From Candidatus Brennerbacteria bacterium (GTDB lineage Bacteria > Patescibacteriota > Minisyncoccia > UBA6257 > GWB1-50-10): a stretch of 64,000 bases of DNA. The position numbers were made by a program, and so were the translations under genes. The stretch covers positions 38,015-102,014 of the forward strand of contig JACPEK010000006.1 of NCBI GenBank assembly GCA_016183535.1, read 5' to 3'. Each line of letters begins with the position of its first letter. Position 1 is the stretch's first letter. This document shows, one piece after another, positions 8,556 through 17,922 of the stretch. Below the pieces are notes generated by a model. It was given only the letters and a program-made list of their open reading frames with translations. It had not been told where the DNA came from and did no database searches.

Positions 8556-9254
8556 TTAAGGAAAATTAGTTACCACGAGCACCTCCCGAAGATCGGATTC
8601 CCGATATGTAAGTTCGAGGGGTGCCGTGCGCCACGGATCGTCCGTTTCGATCCCTTCGTCGCCCCCCCGCACGCCCATGAAAAGACCGTACGGAAACGAA
8701 GCATCCGCATTCACGACCCGTTCGGATTCAAAAAACGTTCCCTCGTTCGGAATAAGCGTGAGCTGTGGCGCCGAGCCTCCCTCGAGCAAAGCTTCCGCGC
8801 CGCTCTTCTCAAAACGCACCGTCGAGCGCCACGCGGGATTGAAAATGGTTCTTACCTCGCTCCTTGCGGGATCCACGCGAACCACCACCCCAAGCAAAGC
8901 GCCAGGCGCCGCGAGCACCGGAAGGCCTTCCCGGAGACCTTGATCGCTCCCCGCCGCAATCGTGAGGAGTCCCTCCGCGCCGTAGGGATAGCGCGAATAG
9001 ACCGATATTTTTTTCAGATCGGCGGAAAAAGGCGGGATGCCGGCTTCAAGGAGCGCGGCCCGTTCCGCGCGAAGCGCCGCGAGTTCGGTGCGAATCCGCG
9101 AGAGTTCCTCATAAGAAAACGAACGGTCGGCAAAACTTTTTACGAACGCGCGAAACGCGCCAACCGCGCGATATGCGGGATACTGAACCAACACCAGCGC
9201 GGCGATGAGCGCGAGCGCGGCGACAATGCTGATAGCGGCTTTAACGGAACGCAT
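8556..9254 (-). CDS. mreC: rod shape-determining protein MreC
   Basis: N-terminal TM plus coiled coil (ELAALRAERAALLEAG), then a beta-rich domain. Sits in the mreBCD context. Confidence 0.8.
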   Translation of the reverse strand: MRSVKAAISIVAALALIAALVLVQYPAYRAVGAFRAFVKSFADRSFSYEELSRIRTELAALRAERAALLEAGIPPFSADLKKISVYSRYPYGAEGLLTIAAGSDQGLREGLPVLAAPGALLGVVVRVDPARSEVRTIFNPAWRSTVRFEKSGAEALLEGGSAPQLTLIPNEGTFFESERVVNADASFPYGLFMGVRGGDEGIETDDPWRTAPLELTYRESDLREVLVVTNFP

Positions 9255-9277
9255 CCCAGATATGAAACTTCACACGC

Positions 9278-10309
9278 TCAATCCTTGACTTTCGGCCCGG
9301 GGAAATTATTAAGAAGGTGAGCGTACGCCGGAATATTCTCCGCCACGATCCCCACCCCGCGCACCACGCAAGTGAGCGGATCTTCGACAAGGAGCGCCCG
9401 CACGCCGATTTCTTTCATTAAAAGATCCGCAATGCCGCGGAGGAGCGCGGTGCCTCCGCAGAGATACATCCCGTTCTTGTAGATGTCTCCGGCGAGCTCG
9501 GGCGGCGCCGTTTCAATCATGTCTTTCAGCGCATCTACGATCGCTCTCATGGGCCTTGCAAGCCACAGACGCACCTGGGAATCTTTCACCGACGTTTCGC
9601 GCGGAAGGCCGCTTGCTATGTCGCGCCCGCGCACCACCACCTCGAGTCGTTCACCGGTCGCCATCACGGATCCGACCGCAAGTTTGATTTCCTCGGCGGT
9701 CGGCTCGCCGATCGCAAGTTTGAATTCATCACGCATCCCCCGCACGATTTCCGCATTCAAATAGTCTCCGCCGATCTTGAGGCGCCGCGACACCACGATG
9801 CCGGAGAGGGAGAGGATGGCGGCATCGGTCGTCCCCGCCCCCATGTCAATAATGAGAAACGCCGTCGGCTCGTCGATGGCGAGGCGGATTCCGAACGCCG
9901 CGGCGAGTGGCTGTTCCACGAGATGTACCGGCGAGGCGCCCGATTCCCGGAGAAGATCCTCCACTGATTTGCGTTCCACCTCGGTCAAACTCGTCGGCAC
10001 CGACACCACCGCCTCGGTCGTCCACGACCACGGAAGCTTCTCGCGCTTCAGGAAGCGCTCGAGCATCTCACGCGCCATGTCGAAGTCGGCGATGATGCCG
10101 TGGGTAATGGGGCGAAGTGCGGTAATGTGCGCGGGCGTACGGGCGAGCATTTTCTTCGCTTCGCTTCCCACCGCCACCACGCGGTTCGTGCGGTTGTTAA
10201 ACGCCACGATCGAAGGTTCATTCACCACAAGTCCCACGCCTTTGAGGTATACCCTCGTGAGGTCGGTCCCCAGATCGATGCCGAGCGCTTTTTTTAAATG
10301 GAATGTCAT
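9278..10309 (-). CDS. mreB: rod shape-determining actin homolog MreB
   Basis: The ORF 9278..10438 is trimmed to M44 (MTFHLKKALGIDLGTDLTRVY...), whose ATG overlaps the proS stop (ATGA). Actin-fold motifs GIDLGT and DMGAGTTD are present. Confidence 0.92.
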   Translation of the reverse strand: MTFHLKKALGIDLGTDLTRVYLKGVGLVVNEPSIVAFNNRTNRVVAVGSEAKKMLARTPAHITALRPITHGIIADFDMAREMLERFLKREKLPWSWTTEAVVSVPTSLTEVERKSVEDLLRESGASPVHLVEQPLAAAFGIRLAIDEPTAFLIIDMGAGTTDAAILSLSGIVVSRRLKIGGDYLNAEIVRGMRDEFKLAIGEPTAEEIKLAVGSVMATGERLEVVVRGRDIASGLPRETSVKDSQVRLWLARPMRAIVDALKDMIETAPPELAGDIYKNGMYLCGGTALLRGIADLLMKEIGVRALLVEDPLTCVVRGVGIVAENIPAYAHLLNNFPGPKVKD

Positions 10310-11565
10310 ACGGCGGTGGCTTGTTTGAGGAAAGCGGAGAGCTCCGAGATTTTTACGAGTGCGGCAAGGGCGGCGTCTCTCCGTTTTATTTCCACGGCGC
10401 CGGACGCGCGCGTCCGGTCGCTCGCGACGATTCGCCACGGAATGCCAAGAAGATCGGCGTCGGCAAATTTCTCTCCCGCGGAAACCCCCGCGCGATCGTC
10501 ATAGAGCGTCTCGACGCCTCTCTCGGTAAGTTCCCGATAGACATCGTCCGCGAACACGCGGACGGATTCGTCGCCGGCCTCGACGAGGAGAAGATGCGCG
10601 GAAAACGGCGCCACCGCATCCGGCCACACGAGCCCCCGCTCGTCATGGTGGATCTCGGCGATCGTGCCGATGAGACGCTCCACGCCGATGCCGTAGGAAG
10701 CCATAATAACGGGGTGCGACGCCCCCGTCGGATCCTTGAATACAAGACGGGCGGGTTCCGAGAACCGCGTCCCAAGCTTGAAAATATTGCCGACCTCGAT
10801 CGCCGCTATTCCCTCGAGCGCTCCCGTGCCGCACTTCGGGCACAGATTTCCTTGTTTTTCTTCGGCGATTTCCGCGTTCCGGGCGAACCCGCACCGTCGG
10901 CAAAGCAGGACGAAATCTTCGCCCGCGTCCGCCTCCACCATAAACTCGTGCGAATACTTCGAAAAATCACCCCCCGACGCTTCCGTCACGAGTGCCGTGA
11001 GTCCCGCGCGCTTGAAAATCGAGAGATAAGAATTCTTCACGCGCTCGTAGAATTCTTCAAGGGAAGCAGTGTCGGCATGAAAGCTGTAGAGATCTTTCAT
11101 GGTAAATTCGCGTCCGCGCAAAAGCCCCGATTTGGGACGTTCCTCGTCCCGGAACTTCGTTTGTATCTGATAAACGGCTTTCGGAAGATCCTGATAAGAA
11201 CCGATGACGAATCTTCCGATCTCCGCGACGACCTCCTCGTGCGTGGGTCCGAGTCCCACGTCGCGGCCGCCGTGATCCTTGAATTGATACATCACTTTGG
11301 AGAGCACGTCCCACCGTCCCGTCGCGTCCCACACCGCGCGCGGATGGAGCGCCGGCATGAGCATTTCGGCGCCAAGCTTGTCCATCTCTTCGCGAATGAT
11401 TGCCATCGCTTTCTCGCGCACACGGAACCCCAAGGGAAGCATGGTGTAAACTCCCGCCATGAGCTTATGGATAAAATTTGCGCGGAGAAGCAGTTTTGCA
11501 TTCACCGCCGTTTCATCCTTCGGCGCTTCGCGTTGGGTCTTTAAAAAAAGGGTTGATTGGCGCAT
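10306..11565 (-). CDS. proS: prolyl-tRNA synthetase, bacterial minimal type without the INS editing domain
   Basis: N-terminus LLLRANFIHKLMAGVYTMLPLGFRV; motif-2 region REFTMKDLYSFHAD; anticodon-binding C-terminus. Only 419 aa. Confidence 0.92.
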   Translation of the reverse strand: MRQSTLFLKTQREAPKDETAVNAKLLLRANFIHKLMAGVYTMLPLGFRVREKAMAIIREEMDKLGAEMLMPALHPRAVWDATGRWDVLSKVMYQFKDHGGRDVGLGPTHEEVVAEIGRFVIGSYQDLPKAVYQIQTKFRDEERPKSGLLRGREFTMKDLYSFHADTASLEEFYERVKNSYLSIFKRAGLTALVTEASGGDFSKYSHEFMVEADAGEDFVLLCRRCGFARNAEIAEEKQGNLCPKCGTGALEGIAAIEVGNIFKLGTRFSEPARLVFKDPTGASHPVIMASYGIGVERLIGTIAEIHHDERGLVWPDAVAPFSAHLLLVEAGDESVRVFADDVYRELTERGVETLYDDRAGVSAGEKFADADLLGIPWRIVASDRTRASGAVEIKRRDAALAALVKISELSAFLKQATAV

Positions 11566-11767
11566 GTGCCGGTTACGTACGAGTTTTCGAGTCTAAGGAC
11601 GAGGAAAACTCGTCTACGGAAACGAGCACTCCGCCTTCTATACCTGCCATTCTATCACCGACCATAAAACGGGGTAATGCTAAAAACATAATCAATGGTA
11701 GTATCCCATGCTTAGAGGGCGGGGTAAAGGTTTTGTAGCTCCTCCGTTCCTTCGGAGACAAAGCCCT

Positions 11768-12850
11768 TTACGGGATGAGGCGGCTGATATCGCGCACCGT
11801 AACCACCACCATAAGCAGGAGGAGCAACGCAAAACCGACGGCGTGCGTGGCGCGTTCCGCCCGCGGGGAAACAGGACTCCCTTTGAGCGCTTCGAGCGCG
11901 AGGAAAAAGAGCCGCCCTCCGTCGAGCGCGGGAATGGGGAGAATATTCAGAACCGCGAGTTGGAGCGAGATCAAAGCCATAAGATTCAAAAAAGGCGCCG
12001 CGCCGAATGCGACGCTTCCCGCCGCCACCGCCACAACCCCCACGGGACCCGTAACCGCTTCGAGCGCGCCCTTCCCCAAAACCAGCGCCCCAAAAAATTC
12101 CGCGAGACCGATCGTGATCATCTTGAGAAACACGACGGTCGCCTGCGCCCCTTTCGCAAAACTTTCAAGAAACGCGGTGCGAGGGGTGCCGGAATCGAAA
12201 AGCGCGATACCTAAGGCGCCTTCGCCGTCGGGAGGCGCCGCGCGCCCGGTTGCCTCGAAAACGAGTGTTTCCCCATCGCGCAAAATCGTGAGCACAACCG
12301 GCGTCTCCGCCACGGCGGCCTTTTCCACAAGAGATATAAACGCCTCGATCGAAATCGGCTCTTTGAGGAGCGGCGTCTCCGCGACACCGTCCCCCAAAAT
12401 GGTTCTTGCTTCAAAAATAATATCCCCCGCCGCAAGCCCCGCTTTTTCGGCCGGAGATCCCGCCACCACCTCCGATATACCAAGGTGCGAGGGGGCGCCG
12501 ATCATAAACACCGCGGAAAGGAGAAGCCACCCTGCCAAGACGTTCATGAGAACTCCGCCCGCGATTCCGAGCGCGCGCGCCGCGATCGTTTTCGAAGCGA
12601 ACGCGCGCGCCGCGTCGGGATGATCCGCGGCCGGCGGCGCGTCTTCGCCGAAAATCCGCACGAACCCTCCAAATGGGAGGAGGTTCAGGCTGTAGCGGGT
12701 TTCGCCTTTGACGAACGAAAACACCCGCGGAGGAAATCCGAATCCGAACTCATCCACGCGGATCCCAAAAAATTTTGCCGCGGCGAAATGGCCGAGCTCA
12801 TGGATCAACACAAGGAGAGAGAGAGCGATGATAACAAGTAAAATCGTCAT
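11768..12850 (-). CDS. rseP: site-2 protease RseP (M50 zinc metalloprotease with a PDZ domain)
   Basis: HELGH zinc motif in TM1; a central PDZ-like segment; C-terminal LDGG. Confidence 0.85.
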   Translation of the reverse strand: MTILLVIIALSLLVLIHELGHFAAAKFFGIRVDEFGFGFPPRVFSFVKGETRYSLNLLPFGGFVRIFGEDAPPAADHPDAARAFASKTIAARALGIAGGVLMNVLAGWLLLSAVFMIGAPSHLGISEVVAGSPAEKAGLAAGDIIFEARTILGDGVAETPLLKEPISIEAFISLVEKAAVAETPVVLTILRDGETLVFEATGRAAPPDGEGALGIALFDSGTPRTAFLESFAKGAQATVVFLKMITIGLAEFFGALVLGKGALEAVTGPVGVVAVAAGSVAFGAAPFLNLMALISLQLAVLNILPIPALDGGRLFFLALEALKGSPVSPRAERATHAVGFALLLLLMVVVTVRDISRLIP

Positions 12851-12861
12851 GAAAAAATCGC

Positions 12862-13416
12862 TTAGCCGCTGATCTCTTGTATTTTTGCTTTCACCGCTTT
12901 CTCCACGTTTTCATTCCACTCGTCGGTGATTTTCTGGATATCGTCTTTCAACCGAAACTTCTGGTCCTCCGTGAGCTCGCCGGCATCGAACGCTTTCTGC
13001 GCGCGCTTGTTCGCTTCGTCGCGAAGGTGCCGCATTTTGATCCGACGTTCCTCGGCAACCACCCCCGCATGCTTCACGAGTTCGCGACGACGCTCGTCCG
13101 AAAGCTCCGGAAGGAAAATACGGACGATATTCGCCTCCGCGCGCGCGGCAAGACCGAGCGGAGAACTCTCAATCGCTTTCGCGATCGCCGGCACCGCGCT
13201 TACATCCCACACCTCTATCCGTATCTCGCGCGGCGGCACCACGCCGACCGACCCGAGCTGGCGGACCGGAAAAACACCGCCGTAGTGGCTCACGGTAATG
13301 TTTTCCACAAGTCCGGCGTGCGGACGGTTCGTGCGAATAGCTCCTATCTCCGTCTTCATTTCTTCGAGGAGCTTCGCGAGATCCGCCTTGAACTCGTTCA
13401 GTAATTCCATAGGCAT
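12862..13416 (-). CDS. frr: ribosome recycling factor
   Basis: Full-length RRF-like sequence (184 aa). Confidence 0.93.
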   Translation of the reverse strand: MPMELLNEFKADLAKLLEEMKTEIGAIRTNRPHAGLVENITVSHYGGVFPVRQLGSVGVVPPREIRIEVWDVSAVPAIAKAIESSPLGLAARAEANIVRIFLPELSDERRRELVKHAGVVAEERRIKMRHLRDEANKRAQKAFDAGELTEDQKFRLKDDIQKITDEWNENVEKAVKAKIQEISG

Positions 13417-14303
13417 CAGGATGACATTATATATGAGACATATTTTTCCTGCAGGCGCGGGTTCAAGTTGAAACGGGATGCGGCCTCAAAACGAGAGAGG
13501 AGAGACGATAGCGTCGCCGATTCTCCCCGCACATTCTTTTCCCACCGCGCAAGGATAAGCGACTCTAGTTGCTCCGCAAGGGTCTCCTCGGTTCTTGTTT
13601 TTTCGTCGGGCCTCCGCGCTTTGTTTTTGGCCAAGGCGAGCGCATACCCCAATCTCCCGAACGCGCGCGCGGCGAGAGCGGATGCTTCCCGCGCGGACAC
13701 CTGGTGCATGCTTTCAAGAATATCGGCGAGGACGGCGCGGGAAAGCCGCGGGAAATAAACCTTCACGGTGCGGCTCGCGAGAGGGGCGGTAAGCACGCTC
13801 GGATCGCGCGCAATGAGAATTACGAGAGCGTGCGGCGGAGGGTCCTCGACGATCTTAAGGAGCGCGCTCTGCGCCTCCGCGGTGAGCCATTCGGCGTCGC
13901 GCACCACCACCGTGCGGCGGGGCGAAGCGAACGGCGTCGCGGAGAGAAATGTTCGTACCGCGCGCGCGGCATCGACGCCAATCGACGCACGGCCGGCCGC
14001 ACCATTCTCGCCGGAACGATCTTGCTTCGTCGCGCGCGAACGAGGTTCTTCGGCGTCGCGCGCGATGATGAGAAAGTCGGAAAGCGCCCGCTCATCCCGC
14101 ACGGACCACGCTCCCCCCTCCAGGAAATGTGCGAGGGCACAGGCGAAACGGAACTTACCTACCCCCTCATCGCCAAAAAAACAATACGCATGGCCGAGGA
14201 GGCCGTTCCCCGCGAGCTCCCGAAAGGCGCGAACGTGCGCTTCGTGTCCGAACCATTCGCCGTTGCCGACGGAGGTATGTGTGAGTCGCCGCGCCATAGT
14301 CAT
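13416..14303 (-). CDS. holB: DNA polymerase III delta-prime-like AAA+ clamp-loader subunit
   Basis: Degenerate P-loop GHAYCFFGDEGVGKF and sensor-like regions. A 1-nt overlap links it to the upstream gene frr. Confidence 0.55.
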   Translation of the reverse strand: MTMARRLTHTSVGNGEWFGHEAHVRAFRELAGNGLLGHAYCFFGDEGVGKFRFACALAHFLEGGAWSVRDERALSDFLIIARDAEEPRSRATKQDRSGENGAAGRASIGVDAARAVRTFLSATPFASPRRTVVVRDAEWLTAEAQSALLKIVEDPPPHALVILIARDPSVLTAPLASRTVKVYFPRLSRAVLADILESMHQVSAREASALAARAFGRLGYALALAKNKARRPDEKTRTEETLAEQLESLILARWEKNVRGESATLSSLLSRFEAASRFNLNPRLQEKYVSYIMSS

Positions 14304-14318
14304 AAACCGCGCGTCCGG

Positions 14319-15335
14319 CTACCGCCGGACGGGATGGAGCAGGGTGCGTTTATAAACGTCGAGATGGCCGAGAATGGTCGCCGTGCCCTTCGCCACACAG
14401 AGAATGGCATCCTCCGCAACGTACGCCGAGACGCCCAGCGTGCGCTTCAAAAATTCGGGAAGGTCGCGGAGTTGGGAGGACCCTCCGGAGAGGATAATGC
14501 CCTTCTCCATGATGTCGGCCGCGAGCTCGGGAGGAGTCACATTGAATACCGACTGAATGGCGTTCCCGATTTCCATGAGGTGGGGATTCACCGCCTCGGC
14601 GATCTCGTTCGAATTCACCACCAGATCGCGCGGGAGCCCCACGCGGAGATCGCGCCCGCGCACTTTCATCTCGAGCCGGTTGCGATTCGATACCGCCGTG
14701 CCGATGCCGATTTTGATGTTCTCGGCGCTCGTTTCCCCGATCGCAAGTCCGTATTTTTTCCTGATGTAGTCCATAATGGCGAGGTCAAAGCGGTTTCCCG
14801 CGACCCGCAAACTTTCCCACGCCACAATGCCGCCAAGCGAAATGACGGCCACTTCCGTGGTGCCCCCACCGATATTCACAATCATATTGCCCTCCGCGGA
14901 GTGGATGGGGATACCGGCGCCGAGGGACGCGAGGAGCGGCTCCTTCACGAGATATACCTCCTTCGCGCCCGCCTCGCGCGCGGCATTCATCACCGCGCGA
15001 TACTCGGTCGAGGTGATGCCCGCCGGCACCGAGATCACCACCTCGGGACGGATGAGGTTCCACGCCCCGATGCTTTTTGCGATGAAGTACTTGAGCATCG
15101 CGCGCGTCACGTAGTATTCCGCAATCACGCCGTCTTTGAGAGGCCGATAGGTCACAATGTCATCGGGCGTACGCCCCACCATTTCCTTCGCCTCCGCGCC
15201 GACCGCGAGCACTTCATGGCCCGGGTTTCGGAGCGCCACCACCGTCGGTTCGTTGATGACGATGCCTCGGTCGGGGAGAAAGACCAGCGTGTTCGTGGTG
15301 CCGAGGTCGATTCCGATTTTGCGGATAAACATCAT
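14319..15335 (-). CDS. mreB: second MreB/Mbl actin-like paralog
   Basis: ORF trimmed to MMFIRKIGIDLGTTNTLVF...; IVNIGGGTTEVAVISLGG phosphate-2 motif. Confidence 0.85.
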   Translation of the reverse strand: MMFIRKIGIDLGTTNTLVFLPDRGIVINEPTVVALRNPGHEVLAVGAEAKEMVGRTPDDIVTYRPLKDGVIAEYYVTRAMLKYFIAKSIGAWNLIRPEVVISVPAGITSTEYRAVMNAAREAGAKEVYLVKEPLLASLGAGIPIHSAEGNMIVNIGGGTTEVAVISLGGIVAWESLRVAGNRFDLAIMDYIRKKYGLAIGETSAENIKIGIGTAVSNRNRLEMKVRGRDLRVGLPRDLVVNSNEIAEAVNPHLMEIGNAIQSVFNVTPPELAADIMEKGIILSGGSSQLRDLPEFLKRTLGVSAYVAEDAILCVAKGTATILGHLDVYKRTLLHPVRR

Positions 15336-15389
15336 TCCTAACCTACCATGTTTTGCGGAAAAACGGAAAGCGCGATAAGGTGGAACGGT

Positions 15390-16724
15390 ATGCATCTCAC
15401 CACGCGACGCATCGTTTTTTACTCGCTCGTCGCTGTATTTTTCCTCGGAGCGGCTTACGCGCTCCTCACGGCGTTCGGCCTCTCGGTAGACCTCAAAGAG
15501 GGCCTCACGCGCACCGGTTCAATTTTCGTCGCGGGCGCGCCGCGTGACGCGACTCTCTTTCTCGACGGCGCGCCGGCGGAAGAAAGTCGCGGCATTATTT
15601 CTGGCGGAACGCTCGTGCGCAATCTTCTTCCGGGGAACTACGAGGTACGCTTCGAGCGCGAGGGCCGCGCGCCGTGGCGCGCGGAACTTCCGGTCATTTC
15701 CGGTCTCGTCACGCGCGCGACGGATCTTTTTCTCTGGCCGCTTGAAGCGAGCGCTTCACCCGTCGTCGCGGACGTCGAGTTGTTCTCGCTTTCCGCCGGC
15801 GCGCCCCTTGTCAAAAATTCCTCCGGCACGCTCATGCTCGGCGACCGCGCGATTCCGGGAAACGAGGTGGTGTATGCCACGAATGACTCGGGCCTGACGC
15901 TCACGCGGAGCGGCAACACAATCTATCTCACGGAGACCGCGCGGGCGCGGAGCGTCACAAACGTAACCGCGCTCTTTCAGTCCCTCAAAGAGCGCGAACT
16001 CGGACTCCCGGGCGCGGTACCCATCGTCAACGCGCGGCCCCATCCCTTCAGTCAGGGAAAACTTATTATTACAACGAAGACCTCGCTCTACCTCCTCGAT
16101 TTGCGGCGCATCTCGCTCGAGCGCCTTGTGACGGTGAGTGCAATCGCCGCGAGCGCATTCACTGGCGATGAGGTATTCCTCGCCGGAGCCGACGGCACGC
16201 TTACCGCGGTGGATCTCGTGTTCAAAACCACGCGCACCGCTCCCTTTACGTCAAGCGCCGTCGCGGCGCTCGCAATCGGCGCCGGCGGCGACATGGTGAT
16301 ATGGAAGACGCCCGAAGGAACGCTTTTTTCTTACGACCGCGTTACGGGCGACACTGTATCGGTCGCCGACAACGCGGGCGAGTTTTCCGTGAGTCCGGAC
16401 GGACTCCGCCTTGCGGCCGTGGAAAGAAACGCCGTCGCGATCATCGCGCTCGCGCCATACACCGCCGACGCCTTCGTCGCGCGAGGATATCGAACTCCGG
16501 TATGGGAAGGTTCATCGACGCCAAAAAAAATATCCTGGAACCCGACGCTCCCCCGCTACCTCTTTTTCCTCGCGGACAACCGGCTCATCGTAGCCGAGAT
16601 CGGCTTCTACGGCGAACGGAACTCCTACGCGCTCGCGGAAAACGTTATGGATTTCGCGCTCGCGGGCTACACTGCGTACGTTCTCAAAACCGACGGCGCG
16701 CTTATAACGCTTTCGCTCGAATAA
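15390..16724 (+). CDS. membrane-anchored hypothetical protein with a PEGA-like domain followed by a beta-propeller-like region
   Basis: Start set at MHLTTRR. One TM, then the PEGA-like segment FVAGAPRDATLFLDGAPAE...GNYEVRFEREG. Confidence 0.4.
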   Translation: MHLTTRRIVFYSLVAVFFLGAAYALLTAFGLSVDLKEGLTRTGSIFVAGAPRDATLFLDGAPAEESRGIISGGTLVRNLLPGNYEVRFEREGRAPWRAELPVISGLVTRATDLFLWPLEASASPVVADVELFSLSAGAPLVKNSSGTLMLGDRAIPGNEVVYATNDSGLTLTRSGNTIYLTETARARSVTNVTALFQSLKERELGLPGAVPIVNARPHPFSQGKLIITTKTSLYLLDLRRISLERLVTVSAIAASAFTGDEVFLAGADGTLTAVDLVFKTTRTAPFTSSAVAALAIGAGGDMVIWKTPEGTLFSYDRVTGDTVSVADNAGEFSVSPDGLRLAAVERNAVAIIALAPYTADAFVARGYRTPVWEGSSTPKKISWNPTLPRYLFFLADNRLIVAEIGFYGERNSYALAENVMDFALAGYTAYVLKTDGALITLSLE

Positions 16725-16727
16725 GAA

Positions 16728-16756
16728 AAATTCCCCTCGCGGGGAATTTTTCTATC
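16728..16756. terminator. bidirectional hairpin terminator between the PEGA gene and rpsI
   Basis: aaattcccc-tcgc-ggggaattt flanked by T-runs on both strands. Confidence 0.55.
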
Positions 16757-16759
16757 TCG

Positions 16760-17185
16760 TCATCTTTTTCTCCACTGTTGCGGTCTTCGCGCTTTTCGCA
16801 AACCTGGCTTTTTGCGCTCCACCATGCGGGGATCGCGTTTTAGAAACCCGAGAGTTTTCAAACGCGGGCGATATGCGGGATCATGCGCCACGAGCGCGCG
16901 CGCGATCGCAAGACGCACCGCCTCCGCCTGCGCCCGCACGCCACCGCCCGAGACGCGCACCGAAACCGCGGCGTCCTTCAGAGAAGCCGCCGCGAAAGGA
17001 GCGAGCGGCGCGTCTTGAAGCTTCTTTACGGAAAAATATTTCGCAAGCTCTCTTCCGTTCACGGTTATGTGAATTCCCTTTCCGCCCACCGTGACGCGCG
17101 CCCGCGCGGCCGCCGTTTTCCTCCTCCCCACCGTCGCGAGATACCGTTCAATCTTCTTCGTCTCTTTTGTTTTTATTTCTTTCAT
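16760..17185 (-). CDS. rpsI: 30S ribosomal protein S9
   Basis: GRRKTAAARARV... with the C-terminal basic tail. Confidence 0.93.
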   Translation of the reverse strand: MKEIKTKETKKIERYLATVGRRKTAAARARVTVGGKGIHITVNGRELAKYFSVKKLQDAPLAPFAAASLKDAAVSVRVSGGGVRAQAEAVRLAIARALVAHDPAYRPRLKTLGFLKRDPRMVERKKPGLRKARRPQQWRKR

Positions 17186-17538
17186 TGAATTGCCAATCGT
17201 TTCATGCGGCGGGCAAGCAGTTTATTCTTGGGCAACATGAGGCGCACCGCGTGCCGGAACACCCACGAAGGATCCTTCTCGAACGCATCTTCCAAAGAGC
17301 GCGTCTTGAGGTGTCCAAGTGGGCCGGTATGCCGATGGTAACGCTTCCCTTTGAGTTTGCGCTCCGAGAGCGCGAGTCCCCTTATGTTCGTCACCACGAT
17401 ACGATCCGTTCCTTCGAGGCGGGGTTCGTATGAAGCGGAATGCTTGCCCTGCAAGATACCCGCGACCTGCGAGGCGAGCCGCCCCAGCTTTTTCCCTTTT
17501 GCATCAATAGTGTATTCCATATCCGATACCTTATACAA
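17182..17538 (-). CDS. rplM: 50S ribosomal protein L13
   Basis: 118 aa with an L13-like sequence; 4-nt overlap with rpsI. Confidence 0.93.
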   Translation of the reverse strand: MYKVSDMEYTIDAKGKKLGRLASQVAGILQGKHSASYEPRLEGTDRIVVTNIRGLALSERKLKGKRYHRHTGPLGHLKTRSLEDAFEKDPSWVFRHAVRLMLPKNKLLARRMKRLAIQ

Positions 17539-17544
17539 AATACT

Positions 17545-17922
17545 TTATACGAATTCTATGGTCGCCATCTTCGCGCCGTCGCTCTTCCGCACGCGCGTTT
17601 TTTTCGTCACGCGGGTATAGCCCCCTTTGCGGGAGGCGTACCGGGGCGCGAGTTCGTGATATGCCTTATAAGCCGCCGCTTTCGGGAGTTTTTCCATGAG
17701 GCGGCGGAGTGCGGCGACGTTCTGGCGTTTACCGTGCGTGACCATGCGTTCCGCGATGGCGCGAAGTTCCTTCGCCCGCGCTTCAGTCGTCGTAATGCGC
17801 TCGCGCGCGATAAGCTGTCCGGCGAGGTTCCGGAGAAACGCTTTTCGCGGTCCACGCTCGCGGCCGAATTTTCTCCCCTTACTCCGATGTCTCACTCTTC
17901 CTTTTTTTCTTTTTCGACTCAC
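17545..17922 (-). CDS. rplQ: 50S ribosomal protein L17
   Basis: VRHRSKGRKFGR...FLRNLAG matches the L17 N-terminus. The true start is probably the GTG at 17895, which would avoid overlap with rpoA (rpoA's stop is at 17879). Confidence 0.88.
   Translation of the reverse strand: MSRKRKKGRVRHRSKGRKFGRERGPRKAFLRNLAGQLIARERITTTEARAKELRAIAERMVTHGKRQNVAALRRLMEKLPKAAAYKAYHELAPRYASRKGGYTRVTKKTRVRKSDGAKMATIEFV

Noticed and set aside
10303-11544. 413-aa plus-strand ORF
   Set aside because: Antisense to proS. No recognisable domains.
11566-11767. T-box leader upstream of proS
   Set aside because: A hairpin is present (acgagttttc...gaaaactcgt), but no T-box consensus (AATTAGGGTGGNACCGCG) was found.
13569-15341. 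590-aa plus-strand ORF
   Set aside because: Antisense to holB-like and the second mreB, which both have clear homology. R/H/G-rich composition is typical of a high-GC antisense artefact.
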